DNA of 64,000 bases. It comes from an uncultured Chloroflexia bacterium (GTDB lineage: Bacteria > Chloroflexota > Limnocylindria > Limnocylindrales > CSP1-4). Below the pieces are notes generated by a model. The model did no database searches and was not told the origin of the DNA. It worked only from the letters and a program-made list of their open reading frames with translations. Where the stretch lies: positions 1,319,345 through 1,383,344 of the forward strand of contig CAVSAP010000006.1 in the NCBI GenBank assembly GCA_963726055.1. Reading direction: 5' to 3'. Positions 9,316-18,596 of this stretch are shown here, piece after piece (position 1 is the stretch's first letter; every line of letters begins with the position of its first letter). A program made the position numbers and the translations under genes.

Positions 9316-9358
9316 CTTGCCATGCAGAAGGTCGTGGGTTCGAGTCCCATCATCCGCT
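9316..9358 (+). pseudogene. tRNA-Gly(GCC)-derived 3' fragment or degenerate tRNA
   Basis: CTTGCCATGCAGAAGGTCGTGGGTTCGAGTCCCATCATCCGCT contains a GCC anticodon loop, an intact T-arm (GTGGG/TTCGAGT/CCCAT), the acceptor 3' strand CATCCGC and discriminator T. There is no D-arm and no matching anticodon-stem 5' strand. A possible 5' acceptor strand CCGGATG sits about 110 nt upstream (9243-9249). Confidence 0.5.
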
Positions 9359-9435
9359 CTACAAAGTCCTGCTTAGATCCAGATTTGTCGTCAGCGGAGG
9401 CTATTGCCGCGAGAACCGACGTCGACCAGGTTGGA

Positions 9436-9843
9436 TTAGCGATCCCCCTCGATCGACATGATGTTCCCGTCGGGATCCTTGAACCAGGCGACCTTGCCGC
9501 CGCCGGCGCGGGGTGAGACCCCCTTGTCGTCGGTCCCGTAATCGAAGCCGCTCTCGAGCACGCCTTCGTACTGCTCGAAGGTCACGCCGTTCGAGGTCAG
9601 CTCGTCCACCACCAGCTCGACGTCGTCGACGTACCAGGCCACCAGGGTCGCGGTCGAGTGGCCGGCGTGGTCCGGAGACGGGTAGACAACCAGCGACTCG
9701 ACACCGCCTGACGCATAGACCTTGCTTCCGTCAGCGTCGGTTCGTACCACCGAGAGACCGAGCGTCTGCTCGTAGAACTCCTCCGCCCGTGTCATGTCGG
9801 TGACCGCGATGAACGCGTTCAGTCTGTAGCTGCTCAAGCCCAT
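9436..9843 (-). CDS. VOC/glyoxalase-family protein
   Basis: ATG 9843 is preceded by GAGGAGGA. The sequence MGLSSYRLNAFIAVTDMTRAEEFYEQTLGL ... AWFKDPDGNIMSI follows the glyoxalase-fold pattern. Confidence 0.75.
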   Translation of the reverse strand: MGLSSYRLNAFIAVTDMTRAEEFYEQTLGLSVVRTDADGSKVYASGGVESLVVYPSPDHAGHSTATLVAWYVDDVELVVDELTSNGVTFEQYEGVLESGFDYGTDDKGVSPRAGGGKVAWFKDPDGNIMSIEGDR

Positions 9844-9939
9844 TTGATCCTCCTCGTTTCGGAGCACGCGGGAACTCACGAGAACGTCACCGATTTCTGC
9901 AACCCTGCCCGACACCGGCGCGCCGCTTCGGAAGCATGA

Positions 9940-10780
9940 TTACCGGACAGTCGCGTCGTGCGAGCGGGCAACATCGAGCGACAGAAGCTCCTCACCGAAC
10001 ACGATCTCGCCAGCAAAGACTGTGGCTACATCTCGGACTCCCTCTTCGCGGACGCCCGGGGAGTCGAGGTGTGCATTGATGTGGGTTAGGACGAGTGTCC
10101 GGACACCTGCTTGCGCCGCGAGCAGTCCGGCGGAGGTCGTGCCAGTCATCCCCCCGGCCTCGCCGTTGGCCTTCATCGCGGCATCGGTGTCCCAGCACAT
10201 GCAGATCATCATGTCCGCGCCGCCTGCGAGCTCGATGACGCTCTCTACCGGTGCAGTATCGCCTGTGAAAACGATCGATCCGTGTTCGGTGTCAACACGG
10301 TAGGCGAGTGACTCCAGGTGCGGCTGCACATGAGTGGCGGGCGCGACAGACCGCCTTCGCGAGGACGAGTCGGCGTGCGCCGTGCGTGGTCGTGCCGCCG
10401 CGGTTCGCGAAGCCGGCTCCCGGATGTTCCACTCGGGCACTCCAGTCCCAGACGAAGGCGCCGTCGGGTGCAGCGAAGAGCTTGCGTGTCAATGACACCG
10501 TAGGCGGCGGTCCGAACACTCGCAGCGGCGATTGATCGACGTCCTGGTCCCAGCGGGTCAAAACGAAGCACGGATAGTCCGCGTTGTGATCGAAATGGTG
10601 ATGGGTGAAGAGCAGCATCGAGACGGCGGCTGCACTCCCTCCGGCTCGGGTCAGCTTGTATGTGGTTGCCGGCCCGCAGTCGATGAGGATGGTCCGGTCT
10701 TCCACCTCGAGCAGATAGGCGGAGCCGAATCTATTTGGTGCTGGTGTCGGAACACCTGCGCCGAGAAGCGTCACTCTCAC
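9940..10780 (-). pseudogene. MBL-fold metallo-hydrolase, one frame break
   Basis: ORF 10292-10780 carries HHHFDH; ORF 9940-10440 carries the C-terminal half (FTGDT..., LVLTH). The frames switch at about 10330-10400. Length is 3n+1. Confidence 0.75.
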
Positions 10781-10928
10781 CAGGGCGATGATACGGGGCG
10801 AACCTGTTCAAGACGGTGGCTGACGCCGCTCGTTCGGCGGTGACCGTGTACGATCGCCCCCCTTTCGTTCCGGCCGAATCGCCCTCGACCGTCGCGAAGA
10901 CAGAGAACCTCGAAACAGGGGGAAGCAG

Positions 10929-13025
10929 ATGACTTCGAGGAAGCACCGGTCGCGGGCGCGGGCTGTCGTCGCGCTCGTCGCGGTCACGCTGACGGGCTCG
11001 CTCGCGGCCTCGGCCGCGGCGGAGATCCCGCCGAACGTCGCCAAGCACCCGGCGCTCCAGCCGCTCGACGCGCAGAACTGGGTCGACCAGGCGGAGCTGA
11101 CGTGGGACGCCTACACGCAGATCCGGCCTGCCGCCTGGAACGACGACTCGGCATCGACCGGCAGCCAGAGCCAGTACCGGACGGCGGTGATCCTGGTCGC
11201 AGTTCCAGGACCAGCCCTTCCTGATCACGCAACCGGCCGGAACGCATCCGTTCGGCAACCCGCAGCCCGGCTGGCAGCCGGTCGCGCCGGAGGAGGTCGC
11301 CGACTGGTACCACGACTATTACTCGGTGCCGAATCAGTACAACGGCGGCCAGACCCTCCACGGCTACTGGATGGAGGACAGCCACGGCCGGATCGGCGTC
11401 AGCGTCGAGGTCTTCGGCCCGTACACGCTCCCGGGCAAGCTGCACGAGTACGGCATCCCCGACGGCAGCTTCAACGCCCCCGCGGCCAGGTACTGCCCGC
11501 AGGGCGACAGTTGCAACAAGAACATCCGCACTGACGGCGGGCCCTCTGGCGGGCCGACCATCGGCTGTCCCTCGGGCCTGTGCGGCTTCGACAACGGCTT
11601 CTACGTGACCGCCGGGCACGACGAGTCGTCGACCTGGCAGGAGTTCGGCGAGATGCTGTACGAGGACCGCGAGGACATTCCCGACGCGTTCGGGCCGCCG
11701 CGCAATGCCGACGGCAGCGCGCCGCTCAACGGGGAAGGCAACCCGATGCCGAACTGGGCCGACACGCGATACGTCGACTGGACCTCGTGGAAGGCGGCTG
11801 CGAACCACTGGCCGAACGCCAGCGGCGGCACCTCGACGCAGGCCGAAAGCTCCGGGCTGAGCGTCTTCGCCCACGAGTTCAGCCACCTGCGCGGACTGCC
11901 GGACAACTACAACAACCCGTTCGCCGACAACGAGCGGAACTTCACGGGTTACTGGGAGATGATGAGCCGCGGCACGTTCAACGGCCCCGGCGGCACGCAC
12001 AACCGCTGGCAGGTGCCGAATAAGGGCGGCTCGGGGCTCGGCCCGCACCACCTGCTCCACTTCAAGAACCAGCTCGGCGTCCTGACGCCGACCGACCAGA
12101 TCACGCTCGCGCGGGACACGCTCCAGGAGCAGGGCATCGCGGTCGTCCGGCTGAAGAGCAGGGAGCGGTCCCCGAACGGCGACCTCGTCGGCCTCACGGT
12201 CGACTTCGGCACCGGCGGCGACCTCGCCGGCACGTGCGCGAACCAGGGCTACACCGACGTCTTCTATTGCCCGAACCGGACCGGGCCGGGCTACCTGCAC
12301 TACCGCGTCGAGGTCGTCGACCGGGTCGGCAACGACTCGTTCGCGCCGGGCCACGGCGTCCTCATCTCGAAGAGCCGCAACAGCAGCACGCCGCGGGTCT
12401 GGCTGATCGACCCGCATCCGGAGGACATCGGGATGATCGACTTCTACCGCCCCGACGGCACGCCGGTGCCGGTCGTGCGCGGCGACCCGCGGCAGCTGAA
12501 CGACGCCACGTTCCACGCCGGCACGCGCTCCGGGCAGCGAGTACGAGTACGTCGACAACTTCAACCGGCTGCACTTCTACGTCCTCGCGAAGCACCGCGA
12601 CGCGAGCGGTGCCCTCTTCTACGACGTCGGCGTCCGCCGGCTCGACGGTGCGGGCCCGTTCACGAGGGCCGTCTCGCTCGCGCATCCGACGAAGCAAGGA
12701 CGCCGGCCCGGCTTCCTCGCGACCTGCACCTATCCCGCTGACGAACACGGGCCAGGCCGGCACGGGCGCCTTCGACTCGGACGTCTACCGTCTCGCCGCG
12801 GAGTCGAGCAGCGCCGACTGGAAGGTGATGCTGCCGAACGCGCTCGCCGCGGTCAAGGCCGGCCAGACGACGCAGGTGCCGGTGCACGTGCTGCGGGATC
12901 CGCTCACGGACGAGGGCGACGCGCGAACGACAGTGACGCTCAGGGCTACGTCCGAGGCCGACTCGACCAAGACGGTGACGCGCATGTGCAACGTGCACGT
13001 CCGCGACACGACCCACGCAGGCTAG
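10929..13025 (+). pseudogene. secreted M6-like (immune inhibitor A-type) zinc metalloprotease, three frame breaks
   Basis: Signal peptide, then HEFSHLRGLPDNY (HExxH). Continuity runs across ORFs 10929-, 11326- and 12234-, plus an unlisted frame reading SEYEYVDNFNRLHFYVLAKHRD. The breaks lie near 11200, 12535 and 12735. Confidence 0.8.
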
Positions 13026-13039
13026 GTGTCTCGAGCGAC

Positions 13040-13068
13040 GGTGCGAGGGCGGCCGCCGCCCTCGCACC
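13040..13068 (+). terminator. perfect 13-bp GC hairpin after the M6 protease
   Basis: GGTGCGAGGGCGG-CCG-CCGCCCTCGCACC begins 15 nt after the stop. No U-tract. Confidence 0.5.
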
Positions 13069-13090
13069 GCGGCCGTCTATCGTGGCGCTG

Positions 13091-13657
13091 ATGAGCGGCC
13101 GCGCCCGCGTTCTCCTGCTCCTCGGGCTCGCACTCCTCCTCGCCGGCTGCGGCGGCGACGACGAGACGCCGGGCGGAGCCGCAGATCTCCCCGGCCCGGT
13201 GCCCGCGGGAACGACGTTCAGGGACCCGCCGCCGGGTGCGCTTCCCGCGCCGCCGTTCGCCGCCGAGCTGCTCGACGGCACGCAGGTGAGCGCGGCCGAC
13301 CTCTGGCGGGAGCGCCCGCTCGTGCTCGTCTTCACGGCGAGCTGGTGCGATCGCTGCGCCGTCGTGCACGGCGATGCGGCGCGCGCGGTCGACGAGCACG
13401 GCGATGCGATCGGGCTGCTCGGGATCGTCGCCGAGGACGACCGCGAGCCCGCTCTCGGTTACGCGGAGGAGCTGGACCTCGGTCATCCCGTCGCCGTCGC
13501 CGGCGAGCGCGTCTGGCTGAACTACGCGGCGCGCGAGCCGCCCGTGGTCGTCCTCGTCGCGCGCGGCGGCAAGGTCCTGCGCGGCTGGTCCGGCGGCGTC
13601 GGCGCGAGCGTGCTGTCGCGCCGGCTCGCGGAACTGCTCGCACCGGAGCCGCGGTGA
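13091..13657 (+). CDS. TlpA/redoxin-like thiol-disulfide oxidoreductase lipoprotein
   Basis: Lipobox LLLAGCGG and the thioredoxin-fold motif SWCDRC. Confidence 0.7.
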   Translation: MSGRARVLLLLGLALLLAGCGGDDETPGGAADLPGPVPAGTTFRDPPPGALPAPPFAAELLDGTQVSAADLWRERPLVLVFTASWCDRCAVVHGDAARAVDEHGDAIGLLGIVAEDDREPALGYAEELDLGHPVAVAGERVWLNYAAREPPVVVLVARGGKVLRGWSGGVGASVLSRRLAELLAPEPR

Positions 13658-14082
13658 CCGCCGCCGGGCGGTGCGTCGTCGTCGCCGCGCTGCTCGTAGC
13701 GGGCGGTTGCGCGGGCGGCGGAGGCGACACGCGCGAGACGCACATCCGGCTGGTGGTCGCCGACAAGAACATCCGCCGCGAAGGCGTCGAGTGCGCGGGC
13801 GCACGGCCGTTCCAGCACGTCCACGCGGACGCGCGGTACCGGATCGTGGCCGGGGACGGCGTCATCGTCGCGGAGGGCACGCTCCCGGCCGGGCATGCGG
13901 AGAACGCGGAGCCCGAGATCGACTGGGAGGTGGAGCAGATCCCGACCTTCTGCGTCGTCGATTTCGAGGTCGACCTCCCGCAGCGCCTTCGCTACCGGCT
14001 CCGCCTCGACCGCGGCCGCCCGCTCGAGTTCACCGCGCCGCCGCGCGCGAGCGATGAGCCGATCGTCCTCGTCGTCGGCTGA
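13654..14082 (+). CDS. hypothetical lipoprotein
   Basis: GTGA overlap with the upstream gene. Lipobox LVAGGCAGG. No recognisable domain. Confidence 0.5.
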   Translation: MTAAGRCVVVAALLVAGGCAGGGGDTRETHIRLVVADKNIRREGVECAGARPFQHVHADARYRIVAGDGVIVAEGTLPAGHAENAEPEIDWEVEQIPTFCVVDFEVDLPQRLRYRLRLDRGRPLEFTAPPRASDEPIVLVVG

Positions 14083-14098
14083 CGTCGAGCGCGGCGGT

Positions 14099-14746
14099 TC
14101 AGACAGCCACCCGGGTGAACGTCAGATGCGTGACTCCGCTGGGCGAGGACATGGCCTCGACCTCGTAGTCCTTCTCTAGGTCCTCCAGTCCGTCCCACAG
14201 GCGTACGCCCCGGCCGAGCAGGATCGGGACCACCACGACGTGCATGTGGTCGACGAGCCCGGCGGCAAGGAAGTCGCGGATCATGGTGGCACCTCCGCCG
14301 AGGCGAACGTCCTGGCCGCCCGCGGCCTCGCGGGCTGCCTCGAGCGCCTCGGCGGGCGAGGCGTCGATGAAGTGGTACGTCGTGCCGCCCTCCATCTCGA
14401 TCGACGGGCGCGGGTGATGGGTGAGGATGAAGGTTGGTGTGTGGAACGGCGGGTTGGGACCCCACCAGCCCTTCCACTCCGGGTCCTCGTGCCATCCGGG
14501 CCAGCCGAACTTGTTGGCACCCATGATCTCGGCGCCGATCCCGACGTCGTGCTGCCGCACGAAGGCGTCGTCGATGCCGCCGGTGCCGCCGGGTTCGCCT
14601 ACCATCGTGTGCCACCACCGGGTGGTGAACATCCATTCGTGCAGCCGTTCGCCGGCGTGGCCGAACGGTGCCTCGAGGCTCTGAACGTCGCCGGTCCCGA
14701 AGCCGTCGAGCGAGATTGAGAACTGTTGGACGCGGGTGAGAGACAT
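14099..14746 (-). CDS. dihydrofolate-reductase-like (RibD C-terminal domain) family protein
   Basis: ATG 14746 with AAGGAG upstream. The pattern FSISLDGF ... GANKFG ... VVVPILLGRG is typical of the family. Confidence 0.7.
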   Translation of the reverse strand: MSLTRVQQFSISLDGFGTGDVQSLEAPFGHAGERLHEWMFTTRWWHTMVGEPGGTGGIDDAFVRQHDVGIGAEIMGANKFGWPGWHEDPEWKGWWGPNPPFHTPTFILTHHPRPSIEMEGGTTYHFIDASPAEALEAAREAAGGQDVRLGGGATMIRDFLAAGLVDHMHVVVVPILLGRGVRLWDGLEDLEKDYEVEAMSSPSGVTHLTFTRVAV

Positions 14747-14880
14747 CGTTCGACTCCTTCTGTCGGTCGAGCTTCGTTGGATCGGCTCAGCCATGATGGC
14801 GGCTCAATGCGCGAGGCACACGCTCAACCTCCTGAGAGCCAGAGTCTGCTGACCGCGGAACGCGTCCAGGCGGTGCGGAA

Positions 14881-15753
14881 GTGACTCTCGATCGTCAGAT
14901 GCTCAAGGAGCGGATCCACGAGCTCTATCGATCCGAGCACGACGCGCTGGGAGAGCGCGGAACGCTCGAACGCCTGGAGCGGGGGCGGGAATGGGACCTC
15001 GCGCCGACGCTCGCGTCCGGAGGCGTCGTGGTCTTTCCGCATGCCGGGGTGTCGGACTGCGGGCATCAGGTCGCGGCCGCGGTCCACGGCTGTCTCGACA
15101 GCGGCGCCGATCGCGTGATCGTGATCAGCGTCCTGCACGCGTTCACGGACGAAATGGAGGAAGCTCGCAGGCGCGTCTCGGCGGGTGACGACCCGTCCGA
15201 GTGGCCGTTCTGGGGGATCCAGGGGCCGGGTATCGACGGACGAGACGAGTGGCGCGACGACCACGCATTGATCAGCTTCCGCCACTTCTGGGCCGCGGAG
15301 ACGAAGCTGCGCGGGGTACGCGGCCCGGAAGTCGTCGAGCGATATCCGTACCTCGCAGGCGGCCACCCCGAGCGGCTGCCGGGTATCGAGGAGCTCGCCG
15401 CGCTCGCCGAGGACGCCGTGATCGTCTCCACCGCCGACCCCTTCCATCACGGGCTCGGTTACGGCGATCCTCCGGAGCGCGCACTGGCGCCCGACGACGG
15501 TGGGCTCGAGCTCGCCCGAGCGACGATCGAGGAAGGTATCGCGCTACTCGGCGGCGGCGACTACGCCGGCTACGACGCGCACTGCGTCGAGGCCAAGAGC
15601 GACGCGCGCGATGCAGCGGTCGTCTTTCGCTACCTCCGCGGAGAACTGCACGGCTCGATCCTCGACATGGCGTACACCGACGCCGCCGCGCTGTACGAAG
15701 CGCCGGATCCGACGTGGGTCGCCGCTCCGCTCGTCGAGTGGCAGCGCGTGTGA
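14881..15753 (+). CDS. hypothetical protein, Memo / class-III-dioxygenase-like
   Basis: VVVFPHAGVSDCG, DDHALISF and STADPFHHG resemble the Memo-family metal-site motifs. Weak call. Confidence 0.45.
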   Translation: MTLDRQMLKERIHELYRSEHDALGERGTLERLERGREWDLAPTLASGGVVVFPHAGVSDCGHQVAAAVHGCLDSGADRVIVISVLHAFTDEMEEARRRVSAGDDPSEWPFWGIQGPGIDGRDEWRDDHALISFRHFWAAETKLRGVRGPEVVERYPYLAGGHPERLPGIEELAALAEDAVIVSTADPFHHGLGYGDPPERALAPDDGGLELARATIEEGIALLGGGDYAGYDAHCVEAKSDARDAAVVFRYLRGELHGSILDMAYTDAAALYEAPDPTWVAAPLVEWQRV

Positions 15754-17006
15754 CTGAGCTCAACCGCCGTGACCTGTTCGCCCGCGCGGGGCTCATCGCG
15801 GGCGCCGCGGCGCTCGGCCGGGTCGAGCAGGCCGAGTCGGCGCCAGACCTGCGGGATTGGGCCAGCGTGCGGGCCCAGTTCGCGCTCGACCCGAGCCGGA
15901 TCCACCTCGCCTCGTTCCTCCTTGCCGCGCATCCGCGTCCGGTGCGCGCGGCCATTGAGCGCCACCGGCGAGGTCTCGACCGGAATGCAGTCGACTATCT
16001 GCACGCGAACGAGGAGCGGCTGACAAGTGAGGCTCGGGAAGCGGCCGGCCGCTACTTCGACGTCCCTGCAGCAGAGGTCGCTCTCACCGACTCGACGACG
16101 ATGGGACTCGGGCTCCTCTACACGCGACTCTCGCTCGCCGCCGGCGACGAGGTGCTGACAACCGAGCACGACTTCTACGCTACGCACGAAGCGCTGCGGC
16201 TCTCCGGTGCGCGGGTGCGGCGCGTACGTCTCTACGACGACCCGCGTCGTGCATCCACCGCCGAGATCGTCGACCGCCTCCAGCGCGGCGTCACGGGGCG
16301 GACCCGCGTCGTCGCGCTGACGTGGGTGCACTCGAGCACGGGCGTCAAGCTGCCGCTGCGTGCGATCGCGGACGCGTTGCCCGAGCGCGTGCTCCTCTGC
16401 GTCGACGGCGTTCACGGCGTCGGCGCCGAGGCGGCGACAATCCGCGAGCTGGGAAGCGACGCGTTCGCCTCGGGTTGCCACAAGTGGCTCTACGGGCCGC
16501 GCGGGACGGGCATTCTCTGGGCGAACGAAAGAGTTCGCGCACTGCTGCGACCGGCGATCCCGTCCTTCGACGACGGCGCGAGCTACGGCGCGTGGCTCGC
16601 GGGCAGCGTGCCCGCCGCGCGGCCCGACGGCGCCCGACTCACGCCCGGCGGGTTCCACTCGTTCGAGCACCGCTGGGCGCTGGCCGATGCATTCCGCTTC
16701 CACACGACGATCGAAAAGCAGCGCGTGCAGGCGCGCGTGCGGTCACTTGCGGCGCAGCTGAAGACGGCGCTCGAGGACGTGCGCGGGGTGCGGCTACGGA
16801 CCCCCACCGGCGCCGGCCTTTCCGCTGGACTCGTGTGCTTCGAGCTGGACGGCCTCGATCCAGACGAGGTCGTGCGGCGTCTGGCAACGCGGCGCATCGT
16901 CGCCAGCGTGACGCCCTATTCCCGCCGCTACGTCCGGCTCGGCCCAGGCATCGTCAACTCCCCCGCAGACGTCGACGCAGCCGTGCGCGCAGTGGCAGCG
17001 CTCTGA
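15750..17006 (+). CDS. class V-fold PLP-dependent enzyme with twin-arginine signal
   Basis: GTGA overlap. The N-terminus VTELNRRDLFARAGLIAGAAALG fits the Tat motif. SGCHKW carries the PLP lysine. Confidence 0.75.
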   Translation: MTELNRRDLFARAGLIAGAAALGRVEQAESAPDLRDWASVRAQFALDPSRIHLASFLLAAHPRPVRAAIERHRRGLDRNAVDYLHANEERLTSEAREAAGRYFDVPAAEVALTDSTTMGLGLLYTRLSLAAGDEVLTTEHDFYATHEALRLSGARVRRVRLYDDPRRASTAEIVDRLQRGVTGRTRVVALTWVHSSTGVKLPLRAIADALPERVLLCVDGVHGVGAEAATIRELGSDAFASGCHKWLYGPRGTGILWANERVRALLRPAIPSFDDGASYGAWLAGSVPAARPDGARLTPGGFHSFEHRWALADAFRFHTTIEKQRVQARVRSLAAQLKTALEDVRGVRLRTPTGAGLSAGLVCFELDGLDPDEVVRRLATRRIVASVTPYSRRYVRLGPGIVNSPADVDAAVRAVAAL

Positions 17007-17023
17007 ACTGGATCGACCCCGCC

Positions 17024-18532
17024 CTACAGGGTCAGGCGCACTTCCGACAACCCGGCGGCGAACGTCGACGCGAAGCGCATGAACCGGTAGACGTCACCGA
17101 AGGTCGTCGCCACTCCGAGTGAGACGCGAACGGCGCCGCCGCTCTCCACGCCCAGCGCTCGGAGGTGATCGCCGTACGCCGGCGGGTCGGCTCGCCGAAG
17201 CAGTGCCTCGGGAGCGACGCCGAAGGCCAGCTCCGCCGCGCCCGGGTTGCAGAAGCAGCCGGTGCGCAGTGAGACACCGTGCGCGGCGGCGCGCGCGTCG
17301 ACGGTCCGGACGTCCACGAGCCGCCCGTCCGGACGCACGAAGTTGAACGCGATCGTTCCACCGCGGCGGTACGTCGTCTGCGGCCCGTGGACCTGCACCA
17401 CCGGGCTGCCGTTTGCATGCCGCAGCGTCGCGAGCTCGTCCAGCAGCCAGTCGGTCAGGCAGCGGACGCGGGTGTGGATCGTGTCGATGCCGATTCCGTC
17501 GAGGTAGCGAAGCCCCTGCTCGACGGCCGGCAGCGCGAGGTAGTTCACCGTGCCGTCCTCGAACGCCGCCTCGCCGTTCGGCCAGCGCGTGCCAGTCACC
17601 CTGAACGCTCACGGTGGAGATGGTGCCGCCGGCGAACCAGGGCCGACGCAGCCGGGCCAGGGCCTCGTTGCGAACGAGCAGGCAGCCGACGCCGGTCGGG
17701 TACCCGAGGAGCTTGTAGAGCGAGACGCGGACGAAGTCCGGCTTCCACTCGCTGAGGTCGAGCCGGTTCGTCGGCACGAACGCCGCGCAGTCCACGAGCA
17801 CGTCCCAGCCGGCGCGACTGTGCCGTCGGCGATCCAGTCGAGCGGATGCTGGACGCCCGAGAAGTTCGACTGGGCCGGAAAGGCGAAGAGGTTGTTCCGC
17901 GCTGCGGTCTGCCTGCGCGCAGGCGCGGCCTCGAGCTGGCCGTCGTCGACGCGCAGCGACGGCGGCGTGCTGGGCAGGTAGGTCGTCGTCGCGCCCGACG
18001 CGCGTGCGAACTCGCGCATCCCGTTGACCGAGTTGTGGTTGTCGGAGGTGAGCAGGAAGCGGCTGCCCGGCTCGAACGGGTACGCCTCGCCGACGAGCTT
18101 GAGGGCACCGGTCGCGTTCGGCGTGAAGACGACGCAGTACTCGTCGGCGACGCGTTGAAGTAGCGCAGCACCGCCGTGCGCGCGCGCTCGACCAGCTCGG
18201 TCGTCGCCGCGGAGGTCGGGTTGATGGAGTGCGGGTTGCCGAGCACCGTGTGCCGCGAGCAGGTCGAGATGGTCGGAGAGCTGCGACTCGGCGTAGAGGC
18301 CGCCACCCGTGTAGTCGAGGTAGACCTGTCCCTGAGCGTCCAGGCGCCCGTACTCGGTCGCGCGGAGCCGGTCGAGACGAGAGGCGTCGAACTCGGCGTG
18401 GCGGCGGAGGAAGGAAGAGAGCGCGTGCGGCTCCTCCGCAGGCCCGTACGCGTTCCGCGTCGCCGCCGGCAACGGTGTGGAAGCAGCGGTCGCGCTCCTC
18501 TCCATCTGTGATACCGGACGGTGCTGGCCCAT
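17024..18532 (-). pseudogene. class V PLP enzyme of the Moco-sulfurase N-terminal (NifS-like) type, about 4 frame breaks
   Basis: Pieces lie in ORFs 17609-18553, 17596-18306, 17094-17801 and 17024-17599 (LGNPHS, SLYKLLGYPTGVG, RTGCFCNPGA). SD GAAGGAAG precedes ATG 18532. Confidence 0.7.
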
Positions 18533-18547
18533 CGGTTCTTCCTTCTG

Positions 18548-18580
18548 CCTCACCGGGACCCGTGGTGGGTCCCGGTGAGG
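18548..18580 (-). terminator. perfect 14-bp GC hairpin after the Ca-binding protein gene
   Basis: CCTCACCGGGACCC-GTGGT-GGGTCCCGGTGAGG sits between the stop at 18597 and the next start at 18532. No U-tract. Confidence 0.45.
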
Positions 18581-18596
18581 CGTGTCGTAGTTGCGT

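Noticed and set aside
9243-9358. Reading the whole 116-nt span as a full tRNA, a tRNA-Sec or a tmRNA.
   Set aside because: It is too long for class I or class II tRNAs. No D-arm or paired anticodon stem can be drawn, and no UCA anticodon loop with a stem exists. It is far too short for a tmRNA and has no tag ORF. I kept only the 3' fragment call.
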